A stretch of DNA of 64,000 nucleotides, taken from Gnetum montanum (taxonomy: Eukaryota > Plantae > Gnetophyta). Below are positions 14,201-25,505 of the stretch, piece after piece. The notes beneath the pieces were generated by a model, which did not search any database, was not told the origin of the DNA, and saw only the letters and a program-made list of their open reading frames with translations. The DNA lies in NCBI GenBank assembly GCA_015680685.1, contig MNCI01000135.1:269424-333423 (forward strand), written 5' to 3'. A program made the translations under genes and the position numbers. How positions within the stretch are numbered: position 1 is the stretch's first letter; each line of letters starts with the position of its first letter.

Positions 14201-16060
14201 AATAGTAAGAAATAGATTGTGAAAGCCATGAAATCACTTACTCTCCAGCACAATAGATAGTTCTAGGTAGGTTTTGGAATAGGATGTGCACTCGTAGTGT
14301 GATAAAAATGATGTTGCTCTTATTGTAGCAACTAAACCCCATCATGTGCCATATCCTGAATAGGTACTAAGTGCTCCTAGTTCCTTTGCTTGAATCACTG
14401 GCCCCATCACTGCTAGCAATAGGCTCATCTAAGATGAACCTCAAGATGTCTTGGTTAGCCCTAGGTAGTAATGTCTCTATGCTGGCACTAGCAACCTCCA
14501 CTACTAAGTGTGACCACATCATCACACTAAATTGTTGTAGTAGGTACTCTAGGAACTCATGAGTGGTTAGCTAGAACCACACCACCTGAATACCCACTTG
14601 CATATCTAGCACAAGCATGTTAGGAACATGCTTGCTTATATAGCATAGGATGCCCATAATATTTATGATGATTAATACAAGCTTCAGTAGTACCCTGCAA
14701 CTTCCAAAGTAACAAATAGAGTGTTAGTATACAGACATGGATGCAATTCTTGCCATAAAATTATTAAGTTAAGCTAGCAAAATTAGCATAATACAATATG
14801 GATTAGCAAACAATTTCTTCATTTTGGCAATGCACCCTAGGGCCCCATGAGTATAGGACATCAACCAATACATTTGACACACCTGGTACTCACTGGGATA
14901 CAACATGTTTGCATACGATTAGCTTTTAGTTTCATGGGTCTAGTGTCATGCATGGTTTATGAAATTTTGGCAAAATCTTTTCTAACTCTGGACAACGTAG
15001 CTCAAAAAGTTGCAAAATTTTTTCTAACTCCCAACAATGCTCTCTACAAAGTATGGTCCTTAAAAAACTAACTTTTAGGGTAGATGCATTTTGTTAAACA
15101 CTTAGCATCAACTACACTTCCAAGGTGTGGAGAGTGTAGTCCTAGCTACCACCCCAATGCCTTTTGTATGCATATGCATTGCTAGACCCTGCCTCGTCAT
15201 TGCCCCTGCAAAAATGTTTTTTCTAGAAAACAAAAAAGAATAGAAAATGCACCCTAATGCTAAGTTCCCTTGTAACCCTTGAGGTTGTGCAATCATGATG
15301 CAGGGTGTAATCTCCCCCATAGATCTTACCACCAAACCATGGGGTGTAGTCACCCCATGGCCCCAGTGTTGCGTGGTGTGCCTAGCCTCTGACCTGTCCT
15401 GCAACCCAAAAAATCAAAAAAAAAAAAACTTCTTTGCCTCATGGTGGGCTACCCTTGGCCACCACCAAAACCATAATCCCTAATTTATCCTTTCTCATGC
15501 CATAAAATGAAAAATCTTATTCTAGAAAGGAAAGAAAAAGGTAGGATAAACCCTTGTAGCATCCTTATGTCACATCCCTTGCTCCATGGTAAATTTCCCT
15601 TAACTCTCGTGATGTCAAGTGTAGCCTATAGCCTCCCCACTGTGCAACCCTAAAATGACCAAATTGAAACCCCTACCTCATGTGTAGATTAAAAGAATTT
15701 TTTTTTTAAAAAAGGTTTGCAAAGCAAACCCCCACCATGTCCCTTACCCCATGGCAGGTTGTCCTTGTCTACCACTAAAGCCTAAACACTCACAAGAGAA
15801 AAATAACAAAAAATGATAAAAAAATGAGAAAAGAGGAGAGAATAGTTGGGATACCTAGCTGACACTAATCATCTCCTTTCCTTCATGCATGCCTATGGTA
15901 GGCAACCTAGTGTGTGTTCCCTCTCATCCATGTTCACTAGTCCTAGGTGTAAGCATCCACTCTGGTGTGTCATCCTCTTCCAACTATGCTCTCCACTAGC
16001 AATGTGCAATGGTAATAGCAAGAATACTCTTTGAAATTTGCATTTGAAAATTAAAAAATG
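11297..16060 (-). pseudogene. Antisense multi-exon accessory gene of A: FCP1/NIF-like domain + PMD/Transposase_32-like domain + coiled-coil
   Basis: Minus-strand introns 15854-14695, 14241-~14161, ~12971-~12850, 12622-12532, 12393-12303, 11478-11385 (GT donors, mostly intact YAG acceptors). Peptides align with those of element C. Confidence 0.8.
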
Positions 16061-16085
16061 ACAACTTACCCATGGTTAAATGCAC

Positions 16086-16093
16086 CTATATAT
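16086..16093 (-). promoter_or_regulatory. Putative TATA box of the antisense gene (ATATATAG)
   Basis: Lies ~230 bp upstream of the first minus-strand donor (15854) and just downstream of LTR-like motif half-sites at 16171-16212. Confidence 0.5.
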
Positions 16094-16513
16094 CCTCCCA
16101 GGGTCATTTAATGATCTACCAACCTAAGACTATTTTCCATACTTAGCCAAAATTTTTAACTTTTAGGTGAGAGCATAGTTGGATGAGAGCATAGTTGGGT
16201 GAAAGTGTAGTCACCTACACTTAGCGAAAATTTTTAACTTTTCATAGCCTAGTGAATGCCCAAGCAAATTTCACTTCCCAAAGGTAGGCAACCTTCCCCA
16301 GAATGGCACATTTGATGCATCCTTAGTCCGCTAAGACCTAAAATTAGCATGCATGACCTACTAAGGCCTAAAACCATCACAAGTATGGTTACCCTTCTTT
16401 ATAGCCCTTATGCATACTTAGGAAAATTTTCATTACATTGCTTTCTGTTCATTTGTGCATATTAACTTTGTTAAGATAGGTGTCGCTTAACATTTTGCTA
16501 GTTTTTTTTGTAG

Positions 16514-17770
16514 GAATATGACATGGTTATGCATGAGTAGATCCTCTCATCTCTAGTTTTTATAAGGCCTCATGGTAATATCAAGTGAGGCATTGACCTA
16601 CATTTTTCTAGACCTTCAGCCTACAACCTATGCTGAATACATAGCATTTGTAGAGGCACCACTAGACTAGCCTAACCGTCTGGTTAAGGCTCTCGATCTA
16701 GAAGTAGGGGATGTCATAGAGGATTCCCTTGTTGAGATCCCTGTGGCTACACCTAATGGTGAGGCAAAAATGCTAAAACTAAGCTCCTCAATATCCCTAA
16801 CATGCCTAAGACATTACTAAGGTGCTAAACAATAAGATCAAGGTCTTTGCATGGTCATATGAGGACATGCCAGGCCTAAACCCTTGGCTAGTTCAACACA
16901 ATATCATTCTCAATCCCTGTATTAAACCATTAAACTAGAAAGCATGCAAGGTTAGACTTGAGGTGGCATTGGTAGTCCATGATGAAATCACCAAGCTTTA
17001 CAAAGCTAGTTTCATCTAGGCTATTGACTATGTAGATTGGGTCTCCAACATTGTAGTTGTGCCAAAGAAAAATGGAAGTATATGCATTTGCATAAACTTC
17101 TAGGACCTAAACAAGACAACCATTCAAGATGACTTCCCATTACTTAGTATTGATCAACTGATTGATACCATGGCTGGACATGCCTTATTATCCTTCATGG
17201 ATGGGTTCTTGGCCTAGAACTAGATTAGGATCAACCTTGAGCACTAACTTAGTATGACCTTCATGAACCCCTGGGTACATTTTGCTCTATCATGATGCCT
17301 TTTGGACTCAAGAATGTAGGAGTAATTTATCAACACATAATGACCTACATATTTAGTGATTACATGCTAAGCCTGCTCAATGATTACGTTGATGACATTG
17401 TAGCTAAGTCCAAAGCCGCCCATAATCGTGCAAATGATGTAGACATAGTGCTTAAGCATTACTTAAAACATGATCTTAGTTTGAACCCCAAGAAGTGTAT
17501 TTTCAGCATTAGAATAGGATGGATGATTGATTTTGTAGTATTAGATGTAGGCATATGCGTAGACCTCAACAAGGTTAAGGTCATAACCAACGTAGCACCC
17601 CTAGCCAACCTTAAGGAGCTACAAGGGTTTCAAGGAAAACTACAATTTATATGTAGGTTTATTATGTGGTTAACCAATAAGTTACAACCAATGCAATATC
17701 TGCTCAAGAAAGAATTCCACTTTGAGTGGACAGCTCAATGCCAACAAGCATTTGACAACCTTAAGTAAGA
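16514..17770 (+). pseudogene. pol: Reverse transcriptase of A
   Basis: WVSNIVVVPKKNGS.CICINF.DLNK, DDFPLLSID, LSFMDGF, MPFGLKNVG, DYVDDIVAKS, LNPKKC. Confidence 0.95.
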
Positions 17771-17809
17771 GCTGGTACAACTTCCTACACTTTACCCTCT
17801 ACAAGGCGA

Positions 17810-18630
17810 TAAACCTTTCTACATCTACCTTGCCACTTTTGATACATCCATCACTTCTCTACTTTGCCAAAAGTGAGATAATGGCATAGAGGTCCTAGTT
17901 TATTACTTGAGCCATGCATTAGTAGTCCATGAAGCAAAATACAACAATGTGAAAAAGCATTACCTCGCCCTAGTCTTCTCACTAAAGAAGTGGAGGCATT
18001 TCCTTTTTTGTAGTCAAGTCAACATCATTTGCAAAAATAATGTACTATGAGTAATCACAATGAACATCTAAAAGAGTAGTCATATTACACAATGAAAAGA
18101 AATAATAGTGAAGTTTGACCTACACTACATTGTGCAATCCTCAACAAAAGGTCAAGCTATAGCTACACAACTCATGATTTCACTTGCTAATGATAAGTCA
18201 ACTATAGACCTTGAATTCTTAAATGAGCATATTAGGAGTGTTAGCCAAGTGCTTGACAACTATGAGGTACTCCTGCATTTTGATGAAGCTTCAACCTCCC
18301 AAGGAGGTAGTGCCACTACTATTATCACATTTCCCTCCAAGGAGATCTAACCCTTTACATATCATTTTGCATTCCCTTTCACTAACAACATGATGGAGTA
18401 TGAAGGTCTCCTTTGAGGTATCCTTGTAGCACATAACCTAGGGATCCAACATAGAGTGATCCAAGGCAACTCATAATTAGTGATCAAGTAGGTGATGGAG
18501 GTTTACGCCTACAAGGATCAACATTTATAGCCTTACTATGACCTGAAAAAGTACTTGCTTCAACACTTTACAACAACAGATGTCCAATATATTCCTTGAA
18601 ACAAAAATTCCATAGCTGATGCACTAACAA
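17810..18630 (+). pseudogene. RNase H followed by additional archaeal-type RNase H (aRH) of A
   Basis: RH: VYYLSHAL...KWRHF, KGQAIA. aRH: LHFDEAS, TNNMMEYEGL, IQGNS.LVI, NSIADAL. Confidence 0.88.
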
Positions 18631-18899
18631 CATTAGTGTTAAGCATTGCATCAGACATGTTCCATGCATTGCCCACCTCAATGGTAGATTCCACTATGCC
18701 TATCACACAAATCACTAACGTTGCATTCATAGCCAAAATAAGCACAACCCATGTAGGAGAATGATATGATGATAGTAAGGCATACCTTCTATAGGGTGAG
18801 CTCCACAACATTTGACTACTGCACAAAAATATGCAGTGCATAAATGTTCATGGTAGTATGTCATCATGGGTGCTGACATGCTATGTCGCAGATCCTATG

Positions 18900-19957
18900 A
18901 TGGCATACTATTAACCTATGTAAGTAATGATGAAGCATAAATAATCATTGAATAAGCCCATGAGGGAGAGTGTGGAGGTCAGATAGCATTACATGAAGCA
19001 CGATTGCATTTCAAACATCAAAATGTTCAATATGTGTCAATGGCATGCCAACTTAATGCATGTGCCACCAACTAAACTACACACAACATAGATCACGTGG
19101 CCATTCCAATGTTAGGGGTTGGACATCATCAGATCCATAATGCATACGTCCTCTATAGGGCATAGCTTCATAATAATCACAATTGAGTATTTTACCAAGT
19201 GGGTTAAGGCTATTCCCCATAGGAAGATAACATCAAAATAGGTTTGTAAATGTGTGCTTGATAACATAGTGACCCGTTTTGGTTTACCCATGAACATAGT
19301 AACAAACAACGAGCCACAATTTAGCAGTGTCGAAACTAAAGATTATTGTGAGCACTTTGGTATTAAGCATTTCTTCTTGTTGCCACATTACCATCAGGAA
19401 AATGGCCAAGTAAATGCCACTAACAAAGTTATCATCAATCTTCTAAAGAAGATGCTAAGCAATAGTAAATGACAATGGCATGAACAACTAGTTTATGCAC
19501 TTTAGGCCTACCACACAACACACTAAATGGAAATAGGTAAGACACCTTATAGCCTTGTTTATAGGTTTGAAGTAATTTTAGTACTTGGATTGTAGGTTGC
19601 ATCGCTCTAGGTGATCCTCTCGAACTTTATCGATGAAGCTTAGAATAATGAGTTGAGGATTATGGACCTCAACTTAATAGAGGAGGAGTGTATGTAGATG
19701 TTTGATCACATCGAATGGTAGCAAGAAAAGTAATGGAAAAAAAAAAACTATCACAACCAACTTCAACACCTAATCAGGAAAGGGAACATAGTCCTCAAGG
19801 CCATTTATGAACCTATGAACAAATTCTTAGCCAACTAGAAAGGGCCTTTCATAGTTACTAAGGCTTATAAAAATGGAGCATTCTAGCTTGCTGATTAAGA
19901 TGGGAATGAGTTTGCCAATCCAGTTAACTATTCATACCTAAAGTCACACTATGCCTA
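18900..19957 (+). pseudogene. Integrase of A
   Basis: HEGECGG, WPF...GLDII, EYFTKWVKA, RFGLPMNIVTNNEPQF, YHQENGQ, GPY/F module N*KGPFIV. Confidence 0.92.
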
Positions 19958-19959
19958 AC

Positions 19960-20440
19960 ATGTAGCACTACATGTTAATTCAATGGTAAGCATTCACTCA
20001 TTATGACATTAGACTGGTACACAACATTTGTCTGTTACAATGTTAAACTAGCATAGCACATCCACCACGATGCTAAACTAGCATAGCTCATTCTTGGATC
20101 ATGAGGTTAAACTAACATAATAACTCATTTTTTATGATGTTAAACTAGCATAGCACATATCTATTATGATGCTAAATTGGCATAGCATTCATTCACTACG
20201 ATGTTAAATTGGCACAACATGTTTGCCATGATGCTAAATGGGCATAGCTCATCCTTGGATCATGATGGTAAACTGGCATAATAGCTCATCTGCTATGATG
20301 TTTAATTGGCATAGCACATGTTTTCTATGATGCTAAATTGGCACAACATTCATCCGCTATGATGTTAAATTGGTATATAGTATTTTGCTAGGACTATAAA
20401 CTAGCACACCATGGTCTACCAAGACCTTAAACTAGGTTCA
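19960..20440. repeat. ~39-bp tandem array in the 3' UTR of A
   Basis: Repeated ATGATGYTAAACTRGCAYAGC units. Confidence 0.9.
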
Positions 20441-20549
20441 CCATCAATCACACATGGTTCTACAAGCAAGAGAGTGAGAATAATTCTAACTCCCCCTTCC
20501 CCCACACTCTTTTCTACACCACCTAGGTGGGGATATTGTAGTCTTAGAA

Positions 20550-21180
20550 TGGAGAACTTGTGATTGGCTTGACCTTTGGAGAACTTGCAACATTATGGCC
20601 TCCTACCATTTTGGTAGTTTTTTGAACAGTTTCCATCAGCTTAGCCTTTGGAACACTTGTAGCATTATGGTCCCCCACCATTTTGCTAATTTTTCTAGCA
20701 CTTTCCATTAGCTCAGCCTTTGGAGCACTTGTAGCATTATGGCCCCCCATCATTTTGCTAGTTTTTTGAACACTTACCATTAGCTTGGCCTTCGAAGAAG
20801 TTGCAGCATTATGAACCCCTACCATTTTGTTGGTTTTTTGAGCACTTGCCATCAGCTTGGCCTTTGGAGCACTTGCAACATTATGGCCACCTACCATTTT
20901 GCTAGGTTTTTGAACACTTGCCATCGGCTTGGCCTTTAGAGCACTTGCAACATTATGGTCCCCTGCCATTTTGCTAGTTTTTCAAGCACTTGCCATTAGC
21001 TCAACCTTGGGCACACTTGTAGCATAACCATTCCTAGGAATTTTTTTTGGCTTTTTGAACACCTTCAATTGGTACCACTTTTGGAGCATTTGTAGCATCA
21101 TTGCCCCTAGGCATTTTGCTAGTTTTCTGAACACTTGCCATCGGTTTACCCTTTGGAGAACTCACAACATCATCACCCCT
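20550..21180. repeat. 60-bp tandem array in the 3' UTR of A
   Basis: About 10 units of CCTTTGGAGCACTTGYAGCATTATGGYCCCC...TTTTGCTAGTTTTTTGAACACTTGCCATCAG; produces the 20-aa periodic ORF 20544-20969(-). Confidence 0.93.
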
Positions 21181-22138
21181 GACAATTTATTTGCATCGTA
21201 TATTTTGTGCTTTTCTTATCTTCTTAGAGTTGTGTTTTTAGGATGAAGCCCTAAGGTGGTCATGTAAAGACACATCTCATCGTAGCGGCAAGTTTCCACA
21301 TAACCCTGATGTGCATGATTATGTTAGCTGAGCCCTCAAGAGTGCACATCCTTGCTACCTTGATATGGCCTATCTACACCCATCCCTGTGTCCTGATACT
21401 CTTGCATTCCCTTGTATAGTCAAAATTGCAAACCCTTATGATACGTATGTGCTATGAACACATGGCATCCTTTGCAAGTCAAACCGTAGAACCCAAGGTA
21501 GACATAACATAAGTTATCCTATGAGGAGCCTCTATTGGCTAGTCAAAGCCTAGCCAGATGTAACACAAGTTATTTTGGGGAGGAAACACCTATCCTATAG
21601 ATGCAATGCAATTTTACAAGCATCAAAGCAAAGTCCATCCAGTGGCACATAGTCCACTCAATGGAAAGCATCTCATAGTTAGCATTTTGCAAAACCCAAA
21701 GAAGGTTCACCTTGCAGCAAAACAAAAATAAGCAAAAAAGAAAAAAAATAAAGAGAAAAGGAGAAAAAGCATGTCCCCAAGAAAATCAACAAAGCTACAA
21801 TTTCATAACTAGTCCAACCTTAAATCCATACTAACTCTCTCATGGCTACTCCAATGAAAGGTTAATGTTTCTAGAGGTAAGCCACCCTAGTGCCATGATC
21901 ATTTTTAGTCATGTTGACTCCACATCCTACATCATGACACCCTATTTCCACTTCATATCTCCTTTTATCCCTAGCATATTACCTATACCTTTTACTCCTA
22001 GCATACTACCATCCATAGCACTCTTGAGCACAATGTAATGACATCTGATTAGGTATTGAAGAGTGAAGTTGGTGCCAAGCTTGTTGTGGTGTTTTACAAT
22101 TCTTTGTCAACATCTCTCAAGCCACTCCTCTAGATGTT

Positions 22139-22152
22139 AACAAAGAGGAGCC
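22139..22152 (+). promoter_or_regulatory. Polypurine tract of A
   Basis: AACAAAGAGGAGCC immediately before the 3' LTR. Confidence 0.75.
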
Positions 22153-22154
22153 AA

Positions 22155-23697
22155 TGAAACACCACCAAATTTGTGCTACCGCATCTCAACTACAAATTTT
22201 CCTATGTGTTGGGACTATGATCTCTACTACCCTAGAGCATAGTCAGCTTAGTAGAGAGTGTAGTCAATACCAAAGGCTAGCTTTACAAATTTTTCTAAGT
22301 GTCAAGTTAATAGCTACAGATTTTTCTAAGTGCTAAGACTATGCTCTCCACTGCTTTGGAGCATAGTCAAGTGTAGTTAGCATGGAAGATCCAATTTTGC
22401 AGAAATTTTCTAAGTGTTGAGACTACACTCTCCACTGCTCTAGAGCATAGTCAAGCATAATTAACTAGAAGCTAGATTTTGCAAAAAAATTTCAAGTGTT
22501 AGGACTATGCTCACACCTAATCAGGAGCATAGTTAGCCTCCCGTGGAGAGCGTAGTTAGCACATAGCCACTCTTCTGGAAAAGTTTTCTAAGTGTTGGAC
22601 TACACTCTTCCAATGTAGAGTGTAGTTAGCTAGAACAACCTTCAAGGGCCTTCACAACATAGCATCGACACTCATCTCAGCTCCAACACACCTCCAGCAA
22701 ATGTAGTTAGCAAAAATGCATCCTTTTTATGTCCCTTTTTGGCCCCAAATTGTAACTACACTTGATCCCACTCAAGATAGTGGATAGCATAGTCCCAAAG
22801 CATAGTCTCCAAAGTTTCATTTTTTCATATACATTGCAATCTTTTCAACACATGCTCATGTAGTTGGCAGTGTAGTCATAGTCTCACAATCTCACAGAGT
22901 CGTCAGAGTACACTAGAGCATAATACCACTTGCCTCAATGAAGAGTGTAGTTGGGTGTAGCATTGTCCTAATTTTTCGACTACCATGTGGTAGCTGATTT
23001 GAATTTCATGCTAACCCTAGGCCTATAAATACCCTAGCCCTTGATTTTTTAGGGGCTAGCAAATTTGAAGGTGGGAAAATTTTGATTGTTGGAAAATTTG
23101 AAGCACATTTGGCATTTTGGAAAGTTGAGATTTAGCAAGGTTACACACCACCATAGCTCACCGTAGGACACTGCAATCCATTGCACACTATGGTCACCAA
23201 TTTGGCAGGCATAGACATCATAGTAGAATGTTAGAAATCATGGCTAGACACCCTCAAGATTGTGACTATGTTGTCCACTATGCTTGTTGTACACTGCATA
23301 CCTTCTCATTCCTTCTGAAGTTAACCATGCTCAACCCTAGTTGGGGTGGTGTTCCTTTCTCTCATTCTTTTTCTATGCATTTTTAGCATTTTTACTTGAT
23401 TTTTTGGCATTTTATATGTGTTTTCTACTATTTTCATGCATAGCTACACATTGACATCTTTGTTTTGCATTGAAACCCTTAATTATGCTCATCCCCTATT
23501 GACACCATTGACACTATGAACACTGCTTAACACTTAACATTGTTTGACATCACATTATGTAAGTCCCCATTTGATTGACAAGACTATTCTAGGCACCTTG
23601 TCTTTACCTCCAATAGGCCCTCACATGGATGCGGGGTTAGGATTGTGTGGCCATGGATCCCTCGGTATTCCAACCATTGATGTTTTTAGTCACTACA
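22155..23697 (+). repeat. 3' LTR of element A
   Basis: TG...CA ends; homologous to 5215-6402 but ~350 bp longer in the U3 repeat block; followed by the TSD. Confidence 0.93.
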
Positions 23698-24229
23698 ATG
23701 ATGTTGCACATGATTATTTTTTGGTTTTTGATTTCATCATCATATAGGAATGCCTCTGACTTTTTGATTGGTTGGAAATGGGGTTGGGATTCTCTCCTTA
23801 GAGTTGAAAGATTATCCTTCTACTAGTTTGGTTCCAAGCTAGTTTCATGATTTGAGTGTTCAGCTATTTTGTTGTTGGATCGTCTTCCCTTCATGATGAT
23901 ACTACTATTGTAATTATTAATTTAGGATTCACCCCTCTTGTTATATAAATTATAAGACTTTCCCTTAAAATTTTTTCTTTACTGTGTTCTATGATTTTTG
24001 TTGTAGATTAACTTTCTTTTATTTTTTATTTCTTTGTAAGGAATTTTTATGAGTACTTTGTGTGCTTGTTTCAATATTATTTGTTTGGTTATTATTGTGG
24101 ATCTTTTTTTATTCCTTACTTGATTGATGCTTGTCTTTTCATTTGTTCTTCCATCATTTTTTCCATGATTTTTATTTTATTATGTTTATATGTTAGTATT
24201 TTCTTTGTTTTACTAATTAATGTGGTTTA

Positions 24230-24810
24230 TAATTTTTGTTGATGTCCATTTTGCATTAATTGATAACCCATAATAGTGTTAGAGGTTATTTGTTAGTGGT
24301 TACATCTTGTAGTAGATCAATTTGATGAAATGCCATTTATTATGATTTTGACTCATATTTGTTTGTATAGCTAGACTTAGTAGTAATTAGGTTTTCCTTT
24401 ATTATCCTTTTATTTTTTATCATGCTTTTTTCTCCATGATTTTTGTTCTTGTGATTCATTGTATGTCATTTATCTGGTTTATGTTTTAGTACTTTGTATT
24501 TTTTTCATTTTGTGTAATTTTTATTTGTTATTTATTTTTTTTTAGTTACCTATTAAATCTTGGTTATTTTGTAAGTAGGTTTTAGAATTTGTTGTATTGT
24601 TGGTTTGTATATTAAATGTTATAGTTCATTCTTGTTGTGCATTAAGTGTAAATATACAAAAACATTATAGGTTGACTATTAGGGTTTACATGTTGTAGTA
24701 TATTGATTTAATGAAACTTCATTTATCATGGTTTGAACTTATTTTTTGTTGTGTAGCTAGGCTTAGTAGTTTGGGTTTTGGCTTTATTATTCTTTTATTC
24801 TTTGTCATGA
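24230..24810. repeat. Degenerate direct duplication (~385 bp period) in T-rich DNA
   Basis: TGTAGTA...TGAAA...TAGCTAGRCTTAGTAGT...CTTTATTAT block at ~24308 and ~24694. Confidence 0.7.
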
Positions 24811-24884
24811 TTTTCATCATTGATAAAACCATATAATATATAGGCTACAACATCATAGCTTTGAATAAGTCATCATAGATGTGA

Positions 24885-25504
24885 TGTAGTGGGCCATAGT
24901 CATGCCTATAAATACTAACTCATTGTTGCGTCGAAACAACAACTTTGGCTAACACTTAGTCAAATTATTGCAATTTTTTTTGTTACTTAGAGTTAGAGTT
25001 AGAGTGAATGCCCATAGTGTGGTAAACTAAAGTTGTATGAAATCTTTATTCAAGTGGATTATTCCTAGACACAATTCATGCATAGTAATAAAGATCAAGA
25101 TTATTTTTCATCATTGTAGCATATGTTTACTTTTCATCATGTTTACTTTTATCAAGTCATTTACATTTTCTAAGTCATTTTACTTTCTAATATCTCTTAG
25201 TAAGGTAGAATAAGTGTGACTAGTTTCAAGTGTAAAGTGTAATTGTTTGGTAACCCAGTAGTGAATTTGCTTGATTCACTCAATACTAATGTTACTTGGT
25301 AATCCTAGTAATAGCTGCATTAGCCTAGGACATGTACAAAAGTACTAATAAGATAGAATAAATTTATATTTTCATTGTACTTAGACATAGAATTTACAAT
25401 CATTTTTACCATATTAGCACTTAGCATGTTTGGAGCTGAACAACATTGAAATATCTCAAGGAAATTTATGGGATAAATAAAGAACCTGGTGGCCAAGATC
25501 TACA
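24885..25504 (+). repeat. LTR-like fragment of another family
   Basis: TGTAG...CTACA ends and CCTATAAATAC TATA box; no TSD found. Confidence 0.4.
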
Positions 25505-25505
25505 T

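Larger units (their letters stand above)
10573..16513 (+). other. Putative 5.9 kb sense-strand intron between PR and RT of A
   Basis: AAG|GTATCC at 10573 and T-tract TTTTTTTTGTAG| at 16513. Pol homology to element C resumes exactly at the AG. Confidence 0.75.
5215..23697 (+). mobile_element. Element A: full-length (~18.5 kb) decayed Ty3/Gypsy Tat-clade LTR retrotransposon (gag-PR-[intron]-RT-RH-aRH-INT)
   Basis: Two homologous LTRs, perfect 5-bp TSD ATGAT at 5210-5214 and 23698-23702, PBS, PPT, and all pol motifs in Ogre/Retand-like order. Confidence 0.95.

Noticed and set aside
10573-16513. Independent nested TE as the source of the PR-RT spacer
   Set aside because: No LTRs, TIRs or TSD were seen, and the same gene occupies the same site in the diverged element C.
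19960-21180. CRISPR-like arrays
   Set aside because: Units are degenerate tandem repeats without unique spacers, there are no cas genes, and the context is a eukaryotic retroelement.
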